Assembly (NCBI GenBank): GCA_963702095.1
Contig: OY969706.1
Span: 416,001-480,000 of the forward strand
Direction of reading: 5' to 3'
Source: Candidatus Bathyarchaeota archaeon
Lineage (GTDB): Archaea > Thermoproteota > Bathyarchaeia > Bathyarchaeales > Bathycorpusculaceae
DNA length: 64,000 nucleotides
Shown piece after piece: positions 1 through 9,236 of this stretch; the stretch's first letter is position 1, and each line of letters begins with the position of its first letter. The notes under the pieces were generated by a model. That model was not told where the DNA came from. It did no database searches and saw only the letters and a program-made list of their open reading frames with translations. The translations under genes were made by a program, and so were the position numbers.

Positions 1-1399
1 CGAATAAGCCTACCATGCCGAAGAGAACGATGGTTCGGGCGGAGCAGGGTGCAAAGGTGATGGCGAATGCGGCTAGGAGTCGTTCGCGGCGGGTTTCCAT
101 GATTTTGCAGCTGTGAATCGCTGGCACACTACAGCCGTACCCCAAAATGATGGGAATGAGGGCTTTACCGTGCAGGCCCATTTTGTGCATGGCGCTGTCC
201 ATCATGAAGGCGACGCGGGTTAAGATGCCTGAATCCTCCACTACGGCCAGTAGCAGGTAGAATGGTATGACGAAGGGGATGATTAGCGTTAAGCCTGCAG
301 CGATTCCGCTCCAGACACCGTTTAAAACGATGTAGAATAGCGGCAGGGAACTTGTCAGTGCAGGATCCACAGGGTTAATGGCGTTCAAACCGTCTGAAAT
401 TACTGTGGATAACCCGTTGCCGACAAAGAACGTCCACAACAACAAACCTAATATGACGCCAGCGGAGGTGAAGTAGCCGAGTATGTGGTGAGTTGTTAAC
501 CATTCCAGTTTATCCGAGAAAGTGGTCCAGATTTCGCTCTGCTGCAATGCCGACGCGGCGACCAGACTTGCCAATGCATAACGTTCTGAGGCGATGACGG
601 AGAAGCAGGGTTCTTGGCAACTGCTCTGGAGTTCGGCGGCGATGGTTTTTGCCGCTACCGCTACCTTTGGGGATTTTGCAGCGACGGTTTTGGTGATTTC
701 GCTGTCGCCTTCTAGTAGCTTAATCGCCAGCCACCGGGCAGGGTACTGCAACCCAAGGTTTTCCTCATCAATCATGTGCTCGAGTTTTTCGATTTTGTCT
801 TCGAGTTCTTTTCTGTATTTGAGTTGTTTTGGTTTAGGTTTGTGGGTAGCGACTTCGACGGCTTCTTTTACGGCTTCATAGATGCCTTCGCCTCGGGTGG
901 CAGTAGCGAAAACCACGGGCACCCCCAGCGTTTGCTCCAACTTGTCTTTGTCGATTATGATGCCTTTGCTTTTGGCAACGTCAACTTGGTTGAGGCAGAG
1001 CACCAGCGGCGCATTCATCTCCAGCAACTGCAAGGTGAAAAACAGGTTACGCTCCAACACGGAAGCGTCGACGACGTTGATGACTGCGTCGGGTTTTTCG
1101 AGGGAGATGTAGTCTCTGGAAACCAACTCTTCCATTGAGAAGGTGGAGAACGAGTAGATGCCTGGTAGGTCGATGACTTTGATTTCGTGGCCTTCAAAGG
1201 TTAATGTGCCTTCGGCGCGGTCGACGGTTTTGCCTGGCCAGTTGCCGATTATCTGGTTGGAGCCGGTAAGCTGGTTGAATATGACACTTTTGCCTACGTT
1301 GGCGTTGCCCGCCAATGCGAAGGTTAAGTGTTTGCCGTTGGAGGCTTTGCTGCTCAATACTTTACCGTGATTATTAGTGAAAATTTTGTTACTTCGCAT
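1..1399 (-). CDS. feoB: Ferrous iron transporter FeoB (3' end runs off the window)
   Basis: Manual translation from the ATG at 1399 gives the G1 motif [11 protein letters not shown], then NWPGKTV and DLPGIYS, followed by membrane and gate segments; lies directly downstream of the DtxR gene. Confidence 0.93.
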   Translation of the reverse strand, partial: MRSNKIFTNNHGKVLSSKASNGKHLTFALAGNANVGKSVIFNQLTGSNQIIGNWPGKTVDRAEGTLTFEGHEIKVIDLPGIYSFSTFSMEELVSRDYISLEKPDAVINVVDASVLERNLFFTLQLLEMNAPLVLCLNQVDVAKSKGIIIDKDKLEQTLGVPVVFATATRGEGIYEAVKEAVEVATHKPKPKQLKYRKELEDKIEKLEHMIDEENLGLQYPARWLAIKLLEGDSEITKTVAAKSPKVAVAAKTIAAELQSSCQEPCFSVIASERYALASLVAASALQQSEIWTTFSDKLEWLTTHHILGYFTSAGVILGLLLWTFFVGNGLSTVISDGLNAINPVDPALTSSLPLFYIVLNGVWSGIAAGLTLIIPFVIPFYLLLAVVEDSGILTRVAFMMDSAMHKMGLHGKALIPIILGYGCSVPAIHSCKIMETRRERLLAAFAITFAPCSARTIVLFGMVGLF

Positions 1400-1410
1400 A
1401 GTTACCCCCC

Positions 1411-2142
1411 TTAATTGGCTGCTACTGCCTCTTTCTCAACTTCCACAAACACGTTACAAGCGATGTCTCGCCCAATGGCTAATTTGGAGCCGCGGACCAA
1501 CACTTCGACGGGTCCATTCATCGGCGCAACTTTAACCACTTTAATTTTGGTGCCCGGAGTCAAACCCATGTCCAGCAGGCGCTGGAGCACTTTGTGTTCG
1601 CCTCGGATGAAGCTGATTTTGCCGTATTTGCCGCCTTTGAGCTCTTGGATTGGCGTTAGGTTTTCGTGGCGTTTGCCGACTTCTTCGAGTCCCTGTGCGT
1701 GGAGTTTGATGCATTCTTCGCAGGTGGAGAAGGGTAGGTCGCAGGCGGGGATGGTTTTGCCGTCGTCGCTGCAGGTGTCGGGGTGTTTTAGGAAGCGGCA
1801 GAGGGATTCTTCGGCTTCGTCGGAGAGGGCGTGTTCCATTGCGCAGGCTTGTACGTGGACTTTGTCTTTGCCGATGTGTAGTATGTCGGTTAGGAAGGTT
1901 TCTAGTAGGCGGTGTTTGCGGGTGACTTTTTGTGCTTCTTTTAGGCCTTTTTCTGTGAGGGTGCTTCCGTGGTAGGGTGAGTATTTGATGTAGCCTTCTT
2001 CGGAGAGTTTTTTGAGCATTTCGGTGACGCTTGCTGGGGCTACGTCTAGCTTTTGGGAGATCTGGGTTGTGCTGACGAGGTCTCCGTTTCTTCTTAGCCC
2101 GTATACGGCTTTGAGGTAGTCCTGTGTTGATTTTTGTTCCAT
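1411..2142 (-). CDS. DtxR/MntR family metal-dependent repressor with C-terminal FeoA domain
   Basis: [31 protein letters not shown] and CAMEH metal-site motifs; FeoA-like [10 protein letters not shown]...P.NGP tail. Confidence 0.95.
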   Translation of the reverse strand: MEQKSTQDYLKAVYGLRRNGDLVSTTQISQKLDVAPASVTEMLKKLSEEGYIKYSPYHGSTLTEKGLKEAQKVTRKHRLLETFLTDILHIGKDKVHVQACAMEHALSDEAEESLCRFLKHPDTCSDDGKTIPACDLPFSTCEECIKLHAQGLEEVGKRHENLTPIQELKGGKYGKISFIRGEHKVLQRLLDMGLTPGTKIKVVKVAPMNGPVEVLVRGSKLAIGRDIACNVFVEVEKEAVAAN

Positions 2143-2160
2143 GGGTCCTCATGTCCCGAA

Positions 2161-2220
2161 TTTTAGGTACACCTAAACCTTGGCAACCAGCCATATAAAG
2201 TTTTAGGCACACCTAAAAAA
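2161..2220. promoter_or_regulatory. Two DtxR-type operator palindromes flanking the TATA box of the dtxR-feoB unit
   Basis: TTTAGGTACACCTAAA (2162-2177) and TTTTAGGCACACCTAAAA (2201-2218); minus-strand TTTATAT at 2193-2199. Confidence 0.85.
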
Positions 2221-2267
2221 TAAAGCCCGTTCTAAATGTAATACGATGGAAATAAAAACGGAGTTTA

Positions 2268-3740
2268 CTAACTGCCGTTCCAGTAGAAAACCTCCGAATA
2301 TTTACCCTCAACAGGAAAAGCCGGATCCTCATACACTATATCGAGCTTTGAGCCATAAGTTGAAAGCTTATCCTGCAGCACAGACCAAATCTGCTGCGAA
2401 GTAGCGTTGGCACCCCAAATCCCCCATATTTTGTCCGTTGGATTACGCATGCCCCAGCCAAAGTCTCTGGGCAGAACCAACACCGCATCAGCGCCATTGC
2501 TTCCCACAGAGGGGTTCTCCACCACATCATGCCAAAAATGCTCCAGCGCCGAGAAGTGCTCATCCTGCAATGTGCCATAGGGCGCGCTCATGTCCTTGGC
2601 GTAATTGAAGATGATGACGTATTTTGCGCCCGCCTCGTAGGAAGCCTTCATCTGGCCATACATTTCGTCGCCGCCCGGCAGGTACGGCGCCTGCATGTAC
2701 TTCCAAGTTACGGTTGTACCCCAACTCTTGTTCTGCAAGTTAGCGGCTCCACGCACCAAGGCGATTTCTTGGTTGATGCTGTTGTTCCAACCCAACTGCG
2801 CGAGCATCATGTCGTAGCCCAGCTTGTAATCCCACCAGTACAGCGCGTAGTCGGAGGTGAATATGGGAAAGGGTCTACTGCTAAGGTTCCAGTAGCTGCT
2901 GAACTCGTCTAAGGGTCTGCCGGTTTTGTTCATGAAGAGATCAGCGGCTACACCTACGTTGGGTATGGGGTTGTGGCTTTGCACCTGCCGGTAGGTTTCT
3001 TCCTGTGCGATGCGGTCAGTGCCGTTTTGGGATGTGTGGAAGGTTTGAGAAACATATTGCGTACTTCTATCCGACTCAAGGGAGTTAATGCATTTATTAA
3101 CTCTGTCCGATACGGTTACTGAACCGTCAGAGTAGTAGTAAATATCAGAAAATAGAATGCAGTAGTCGGAGCCATCTTGAGGTATTTCGGTCACGTTCGC
3201 TTTAGAGTAATGGATTGTGCCATTAGGATGAAAAAAGTAATAATTAGAATTCCCGGCTTGTATGGTGCCGTCTGACATTTTATTTACAGTACTACCATTG
3301 GCGGTTAACAAGGTTAGTTGGGTGTCGAGCATTTTTCCGCCGGGCTCATCAGCGTAGTAGACGCCGCCAAACATATCTCCCCACCGCTGCGTCGCGTTGA
3401 CCATCCACTGGGCCCATTCTGGAATCTGCGAAGTATCATAGTAGACGGCGTAGTGCAGTCCCTTGGAGATGGCGTAGTCGCCAATTTCGGTGATGGTGGC
3501 GCTATTAGCGCTATTAGCCATAAACGGTCCCGATTGGACGACGAACAGATTAGTGTAATTCGCTACTTTGTCGACGAGGAGTTTTGCGTCGTCTGTTGAG
3601 TCTCCACAGTAGGTGACGCCCACGTAGAACTCCTGGGGTTTGTTGATTGGCTGTGTGTTGCTTGTTAACACGACCGCAGCCACTGAAGCTAATACAAGAA
3701 CTGAAATGATGGCTACAACAGCGATTATCATTTTTTTCAT
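2268..3740 (-). CDS. Secreted/membrane-anchored hypothetical protein, possible glycoside-hydrolase-like barrel
   Basis: N-terminal signal anchor, Trp/Tyr-rich, YADEPGG motif; function inferred only. Confidence 0.7.
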   Translation of the reverse strand: MKKMIIAVVAIISVLVLASVAAVVLTSNTQPINKPQEFYVGVTYCGDSTDDAKLLVDKVANYTNLFVVQSGPFMANSANSATITEIGDYAISKGLHYAVYYDTSQIPEWAQWMVNATQRWGDMFGGVYYADEPGGKMLDTQLTLLTANGSTVNKMSDGTIQAGNSNYYFFHPNGTIHYSKANVTEIPQDGSDYCILFSDIYYYSDGSVTVSDRVNKCINSLESDRSTQYVSQTFHTSQNGTDRIAQEETYRQVQSHNPIPNVGVAADLFMNKTGRPLDEFSSYWNLSSRPFPIFTSDYALYWWDYKLGYDMMLAQLGWNNSINQEIALVRGAANLQNKSWGTTVTWKYMQAPYLPGGDEMYGQMKASYEAGAKYVIIFNYAKDMSAPYGTLQDEHFSALEHFWHDVVENPSVGSNGADAVLVLPRDFGWGMRNPTDKIWGIWGANATSQQIWSVLQDKLSTYGSKLDIVYEDPAFPVEGKYSEVFYWNGS

Positions 3741-3821
3741 TTTTCGGTCGCTCCACTTAGCTGAGTGGCTAAGTTATCTTTCCTTATGTAGTTTACTCAA
3801 AAACAGCCTCTGATTCCAGAG

Positions 3822-3973
3822 GCGGTCGGAAATGCTTCAGTTCTGCTTGTAGATTACGCCACAACCAGCCTGCAATCTGCTCCAACGCCTGAACCAAAAC
3901 AGCAATCAGCACCCAAGCCCGCTGGTAGTTGTTGTGTATAGGCGACTTTTCACTGCAACTAACAATAGAAAAA
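3822..3973 (-). repeat. Dispersed intergenic repeat family B, copy 1
   Basis: Reverse complement shares TTCTATTGTT...AAAAGTCGCC.ATACACAACAAC...TGCAGGCTGGTTGTGGCG.AATCTACAAGCAGA with 39174, 58488 and 58688. Confidence 0.8.
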
Positions 3974-4139
3974 CCGCCAGCCAAACCCTTAAGCTGCCCT
4001 TTGCAGCCCAACAAGTTCCCGGCACCATTTTTTGGGCGGCTTTCATGCTATCTCTCAATCTACTAACATAGTTTTGCTTCCAGTAACGGCTAAATACAAC
4101 AAACCCCAATCCGTTGATAACTTTGCGAAGGAAAAAAGC

Positions 4140-5477
4140 ATGACCGACCTGCCTCACATAGTCACCAACTTAATTGAAGCATCCAAAAAACACGAGCAAT
4201 ACCGCGACAAAGAATGCATAAACATGATCGCCAGCGAAGGCATCAAATCCCCCGCCGTCTGTCAAATGCTCGACATGAGCCACGACCTCGCCACCCGATA
4301 CGCAGAAGGCGACAATGACAGTGTGGGGCATGTTAAGAAGCGGTATTACCAAGGGCAAAAGTACATGTCTCAAATCGAGGACCTCGCATGCGACGCAGTG
4401 AAAAGCCTCTTTGGCGCAGCTTGGGCGGATGTTCGCTTGATTTCAGGCACCCATGCCAACACGGCGACCTTCAAAGGCTTATCGGCGGCGTCAAAAAACA
4501 ACAAAATGGTCGTCACACCACTTAGCTGTGGTGCACACATAAGCCACGACTACACAGGCTTAGCCGGCAGCATCCTTGGCATCGACAACATCAACCACGT
4601 CTACGACATAGACGAATTCAACATAGACCCCGACAAATCAGCCATCGTTATCCGCGCCGCCAAACCCGGCATCGTCACCTTCGGCGGCAGCCTATTCCTC
4701 TTCCCACACCCCATAAAAGAGCTCAAAGCAGTCTGTGACGAAGTAGGCGCATACGTCGCATACGACGCAGCCCACGTCTTAGGCTTGATCGCAGGCGACC
4801 AATTCCAAGACCCCCTCCGCGAAGGCGCAGACTTCATCACCTCTTCAACCCACAAGACTTTTCCGGGTCCACAGGGCGGCGTAGTCATGGGCAACCCCGA
4901 CACACCCGCCAAAGAGAAAGCGGTCCGAAAAATCCAGCATGCCATCTTTCCATTAACTGCATCGAGCACCCACCTTGGCAGACTGCCCGCTTTGGGTATA
5001 GCCTGCTTGGAAATGAAGGTGTTCGGCAGAGACTTAGCGGCTCAAATCGTTAAAAACGCTCAAACCGCGGGGCAGTACCTCTGTGAAAACGGCGTAAAAG
5101 TCCTGGCGGAAAAGAAGGGTTTCACACGCAGCCACCAGATCGCGTTGGATGTTCGGGGCTTCGGCGGCGGCAACAAGATCGCTCAGGATCTTGAAGACGC
5201 CAACATCATCCTCAACAAAAACCTCTTGCCCTATGATGACCAGGCAAGCAAAGAAGACCCCTCAGGCTTACGCGTAGGCTTCCAAGACATCACCAGACGG
5301 GGCTTCGGTGAAGGCGACGTTAAACACCTCTGCGACTTGATGCTTGACGTAATCAAGGGTAAACGGAAACCCGCGGAAGTCAAGGTTGATGTGCTTGCGT
5401 TTAAGAAGGAGTTCTGCGGCGTCAAATACTGCTTCCAAACCGTTGAAGATGCCTTCCGCTACTCCAAAAACCTGTAG
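4140..5477 (+). CDS. glyA: Serine hydroxymethyltransferase
   Basis: INMIASE, RYAEG, RYYQG, YDAAH and PLP-lysine motif STHKTFPGPQGG. Confidence 0.96.
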   Translation: MTDLPHIVTNLIEASKKHEQYRDKECINMIASEGIKSPAVCQMLDMSHDLATRYAEGDNDSVGHVKKRYYQGQKYMSQIEDLACDAVKSLFGAAWADVRLISGTHANTATFKGLSAASKNNKMVVTPLSCGAHISHDYTGLAGSILGIDNINHVYDIDEFNIDPDKSAIVIRAAKPGIVTFGGSLFLFPHPIKELKAVCDEVGAYVAYDAAHVLGLIAGDQFQDPLREGADFITSSTHKTFPGPQGGVVMGNPDTPAKEKAVRKIQHAIFPLTASSTHLGRLPALGIACLEMKVFGRDLAAQIVKNAQTAGQYLCENGVKVLAEKKGFTRSHQIALDVRGFGGGNKIAQDLEDANIILNKNLLPYDDQASKEDPSGLRVGFQDITRRGFGEGDVKHLCDLMLDVIKGKRKPAEVKVDVLAFKKEFCGVKYCFQTVEDAFRYSKNL

Positions 5478-5500
5478 CCCCTTTTTTATTGGGGTTTTTC
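5478..5500 (+). terminator. T-rich terminator with short hairpin after glyA
   Basis: CCCC-ttttttatt-GGGG followed by TTTTT. Confidence 0.45.
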
Positions 5501-5559
5501 CCTTTACTTCTGTAAAGATTAATTAACTTATAGTTCACTTTTTATGAGTTTGAATTGTC

Positions 5560-5847
5560 ATGACGCTAGACTTGCTTTCGCTGATGTTCTTCGTCGTCGC
5601 CATCGGAGCCGCAATAATCCTTATGCTCCTGCCAAGGTACGGTCCACACTACACTTCACGGCTCACCTGTCCAAACTGCAAAAAAACCTTCAACTTCCAC
5701 TACATACCAGGAGCCACCATAACCTCGATTATCCAACGCAACTACCGCACGCTCAAATGTCCATACTGCCACAGAAAAACCACCTACGACATCGCCGCCA
5801 CAAGAATCCGCACTGCCCGACCTCAGAAACCTAAGGTGAAAGCATAG
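5560..5847 (+). CDS. Small membrane-anchored zinc-ribbon protein
   Basis: N-terminal TM helix; CPNC and CPYC pairs. Confidence 0.75.
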   Translation: MTLDLLSLMFFVVAIGAAIILMLLPRYGPHYTSRLTCPNCKKTFNFHYIPGATITSIIQRNYRTLKCPYCHRKTTYDIAATRIRTARPQKPKVKA

Positions 5848-5928
5848 GTGTCAAACGGTTTTTCCTAGAGACCTTTATTATTCACGCCAGCAATCACCTT
5901 TTCAATTAGCATTCAAGGTGAATCTCGC

Positions 5929-7113
5929 ATGAAGGTATTGTTAAACGATGGTTTAGAGAAAGAAGGCTTAGCCATATTCCAGCAAGCCGGCATCGAAACA
6001 GACACAAAAAAGCGGGACGCAGCCAAGTTAGTTGCGGAAATCAAAGAGTTTGACGCCCTCGTGGTACGAAGCGCCACTAAAGTCACCCGCGAAATCATCG
6101 AGGCAGGCGCCAAAGGAAAACTCAAAATCATCGGACGCGCAGGCGTAGGATACGACAACATCGACGCTGCAGCAGCATCAGAATTCGGTGTACTCGTAAA
6201 AATCGCTCCGTACGGTAGCAGCAACGCCGTCGCAGAGTTAGCCATAGGCTTAATGTTGGCGGTCTCGCGGAATACGCCGCAAGCACATCACTCCCTCAAA
6301 AATGGGGTTTGGATAAAAAAGAAGTTTCAAGGCAGAGAACTCAACGGCAAAACCCTCGCCCTCATAGGTTGCGGCAGAATCGGACAGAAAGTCGCTCAGA
6401 TGGCTAAATTGGGCTTTAACATGGAAGTGGTGGGTTTTGACATTAAACCTTGCCCGGAAAGCGGCATTAAATTCCTCGCAACCAAAGAGGAAGTGCTGCA
6501 GAAAGCGGACTACATCAGCGTCCACACAGGCGGCAAAGACGTCATCATAGGCGCCAAAGAACTCGCCCTAATGAAGCCAACCGCCTACATCATCAACACC
6601 AGCAGAGGCAACAACATCGACCAACAAGCCCTCTTCACGATGCTTAAAGATGGTAAAATCGGTGGCTACGCAACCGACGTCTACAAAGAAGAGCCTAAAG
6701 CCGAAGGCGACGTGTTCATCGACAAACTAAAAGAACTCGACAACGTCGTCTTAAGCAGTCACCTTGGCGCGTCTACGGTGGAGGCGCAACAGGAAACAGC
6801 CACTGAAATGGCACGTGTCTTAACCGGCTACCTCATGGGTGGCGACTTCACCAATTCCGTCAACGCAGGCGAATCCATCGAAACTGAAGAAAAACAGGTG
6901 TACACCCTTTTCATACACCACAAAGACGTCCCAGGAGTCTTCGCTAACATCGACAAAGTCCTCGCCGACGACAACATAAACATCCGCGCCAACTACAGCC
7001 GCCAAATCAACAAGGGCTATGCCATCAGCGTCTACGTGCTCCACCAAGAAGCCACAGCTGAGATCGTGGGCAAACTGAAAGCTGTTCCCAACGTCTGCAA
7101 CGTTAAATTCTAA
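5929..7113 (+). CDS. serA: D-3-phosphoglycerate dehydrogenase with C-terminal ACT domain
   Basis: GRAGVGYDNID, GCGRIG Rossmann motif, HLGAST, ACT-like HKDVPGV. Confidence 0.88.
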   Translation: MKVLLNDGLEKEGLAIFQQAGIETDTKKRDAAKLVAEIKEFDALVVRSATKVTREIIEAGAKGKLKIIGRAGVGYDNIDAAAASEFGVLVKIAPYGSSNAVAELAIGLMLAVSRNTPQAHHSLKNGVWIKKKFQGRELNGKTLALIGCGRIGQKVAQMAKLGFNMEVVGFDIKPCPESGIKFLATKEEVLQKADYISVHTGGKDVIIGAKELALMKPTAYIINTSRGNNIDQQALFTMLKDGKIGGYATDVYKEEPKAEGDVFIDKLKELDNVVLSSHLGASTVEAQQETATEMARVLTGYLMGGDFTNSVNAGESIETEEKQVYTLFIHHKDVPGVFANIDKVLADDNINIRANYSRQINKGYAISVYVLHQEATAEIVGKLKAVPNVCNVKF

Positions 7114-7242
7114 ATGAAAATCGTTTTTTCCTTTCTTTTATTTTTGCAGCTGATTTGAAGTAGGCGCGCGGGGTTTAGTCAAGAAACCTTTACGGAAAAC
7201 GATATAACCCAAAGCACAAACACCCATAAACGGTAATAGGGA

Positions 7243-7824
7243 ATGGACAAAAAAACTTTTGTCGCCAGCACCGTAGTGATAGTGGTTGTCTGCCTATCTG
7301 TCAGCGCCTTCTTTTACTGCCAAATCAGCAGCCTCCAAACCCAAAAAGACCAACTCACACGCCAAGCCACTGCATTGCAAGAGCAGAACAGCACCCTCCA
7401 AGCCCAACTCGCCGAGCTTCAACTGCAAAACCGCGAGCAACAGGAACGCTTAAGCGACTACACCCTTCAACTTGTCCTCCAACGGCATCTAAACGTGGAA
7501 ATCATAGGTGCCTACTGCAGTGGCGGATGGAGCCCCCTTGGAGGCGTGACTGTAAGCTACCCAGCCAACGCAACAATAGCCAACCGCGATGTTGTTCCGC
7601 TTTATGGGTTAGTGATATCCTTTCGTTTCGTCGATAGGGACAGTGGCAGACAGATTGGGGAAGAGATGACCATAAAAGTTGACCGAATTAATGCGGGAGA
7701 AAGCAAAGTCGCGGTGGGCAGTGTCTTAGCTTCCTTGAACACAAATGTAGATAACGCCGTCTGCAAGATTGTGCTCTCCAAAGGCGACATCGTCTTAGAC
7801 CAGTGGACACAGGAACTAAATTAA
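7243..7824 (+). CDS. Membrane-anchored coiled-coil hypothetical protein
   Basis: N-terminal TM, Gln/Leu heptads, beta-rich C-terminus. Confidence 0.75.
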   Translation: MDKKTFVASTVVIVVVCLSVSAFFYCQISSLQTQKDQLTRQATALQEQNSTLQAQLAELQLQNREQQERLSDYTLQLVLQRHLNVEIIGAYCSGGWSPLGGVTVSYPANATIANRDVVPLYGLVISFRFVDRDSGRQIGEEMTIKVDRINAGESKVAVGSVLASLNTNVDNAVCKIVLSKGDIVLDQWTQELN

Positions 7825-7877
7825 GCAGCGTCCTTTCTAATTGTGTATATAAGCGGGTTTTTACGTTAACGGTAACC

Positions 7878-8558
7878 ATGAGACTTGGCGTGCTATTTTC
7901 AGGCGGCAAAGACTCCACCCTTGCCCTGCACATGGCGGCAGAGAAAGAAACAGTAGCCTGCCTAATCACCGTGGTCTCCGCTAACAAGGAGAGCTACATG
8001 TTCCACACGCCAAACATCGATATGACAGCGTTGCAGGCTGAAGCATTGGGGTTGCCGCTGGTCTCAGTGCCCACTGCCGGGCGGAAGGAGGAGGAACTCG
8101 CCGACCTCGAACAAGCCATCAAAGAAGCCAAACGCCGCTACCAAATCGAAGGCGTCGTCACAGGCGCAGTCGAATCCGTCTATCAGGCAACGCGGGTTCA
8201 ACGCATCTGCAGCCATCTCGACCTCTGGCAATTCAACCCGCTATGGAAAAAAAACCAGAAGGCGCTTCTCGAAACACTCCTTGCAAAACGTTTCCATGTA
8301 GTCATTTCGGGGGTTTTCGCTTATCCGCTCGACCAAAGCTGGCTCGGCAAACCCCTTGACGCAGACATGATTGCGCGACTGGTGGAGTTGCAGGGCAAAT
8401 ATGGCATCAGTCCCTCGGGGGAAGGCGGCGAAATCGAGACGACGGTGATGGATGCGCCGATGTTCAAGAAAAAAATCGAGACAACCGACTCCACGGCTCA
8501 GTGGCTTAGGGACTCTGGCACCTACATCATTAAGCATGCGAGGCTGGCACCCAAATGA
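7878..8558 (+). CDS. dph6: Diphthine--ammonia ligase (Dph6 / MJ0570 family PP-loop ATPase)
   Basis: FSGGKDS PP-loop, ESYMFH, GAVESVYQ, GEGGEIET. Confidence 0.9.
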   Translation: MRLGVLFSGGKDSTLALHMAAEKETVACLITVVSANKESYMFHTPNIDMTALQAEALGLPLVSVPTAGRKEEELADLEQAIKEAKRRYQIEGVVTGAVESVYQATRVQRICSHLDLWQFNPLWKKNQKALLETLLAKRFHVVISGVFAYPLDQSWLGKPLDADMIARLVELQGKYGISPSGEGGEIETTVMDAPMFKKKIETTDSTAQWLRDSGTYIIKHARLAPK

Positions 8559-9100
8559 TTCTCGTAGTAGACATGAATTGGAAGCCTGATTCATTGGCTT
8601 ACACTGAGTTTGTGTCGCCCATCCTTGCTGTGGTGGAGCCACTTGAGGCATGCACAGTTAAGCATTACTCTGAGGTTGAGCCAGCGGAAATAACCAGTTA
8701 CAGCCACATTATCCTCTCGGGCACCACACTCAAAGACTTCGCTTTCTTAGAAAACCTCCGCCGCTTCAACTGGATAAAAACCTATGACAAACCCGTTCTG
8801 GGCATCTGCGCAGGCATGCAAACCATCCTCCAAATCTACGGCGAACCACTCGCCCCATGCACACAGGTCGGAATGACCGAAATCACAACAACAAAACCCA
8901 ACCCCCTATTCGACGGAGTCTTCCAAGCCTACACGCTGCATAGCTACACCGCCAAACCCGGCGGCGGCATCTTTGAGTTTCTCGCAAAATCCGCACAGTG
9001 CATCCAAGCCATCAAACACAAACAGAAACCCATCTACGGCGTACTCTTCCACCCCGAGGTGCGAAACCAAGAAATCCTAAGGCGCTTTGTTAAAGGTTAA
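8555..9100 (+). CDS. Class I glutamine amidotransferase (GuaA-glutaminase-like, standalone)
   Basis: PVLGICAGMQ nucleophile elbow and FHPE His-Glu; ATGA overlap with dph6. Confidence 0.9.
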   Translation: MILVVDMNWKPDSLAYTEFVSPILAVVEPLEACTVKHYSEVEPAEITSYSHIILSGTTLKDFAFLENLRRFNWIKTYDKPVLGICAGMQTILQIYGEPLAPCTQVGMTEITTTKPNPLFDGVFQAYTLHSYTAKPGGGIFEFLAKSAQCIQAIKHKQKPIYGVLFHPEVRNQEILRRFVKG

Positions 9101-9236
9101 CCTCACCCAATCAGTCATATACATCCACTACTAAACTCAAAGTTAGGCAGGACTTTTCACTCCGTATTACCCCTTGGCAAAAACAGTTAAAAGCCAAAAC
9201 CGTATTCTTCTAATTTAGTTCTTCGGAGGTTTTTGT

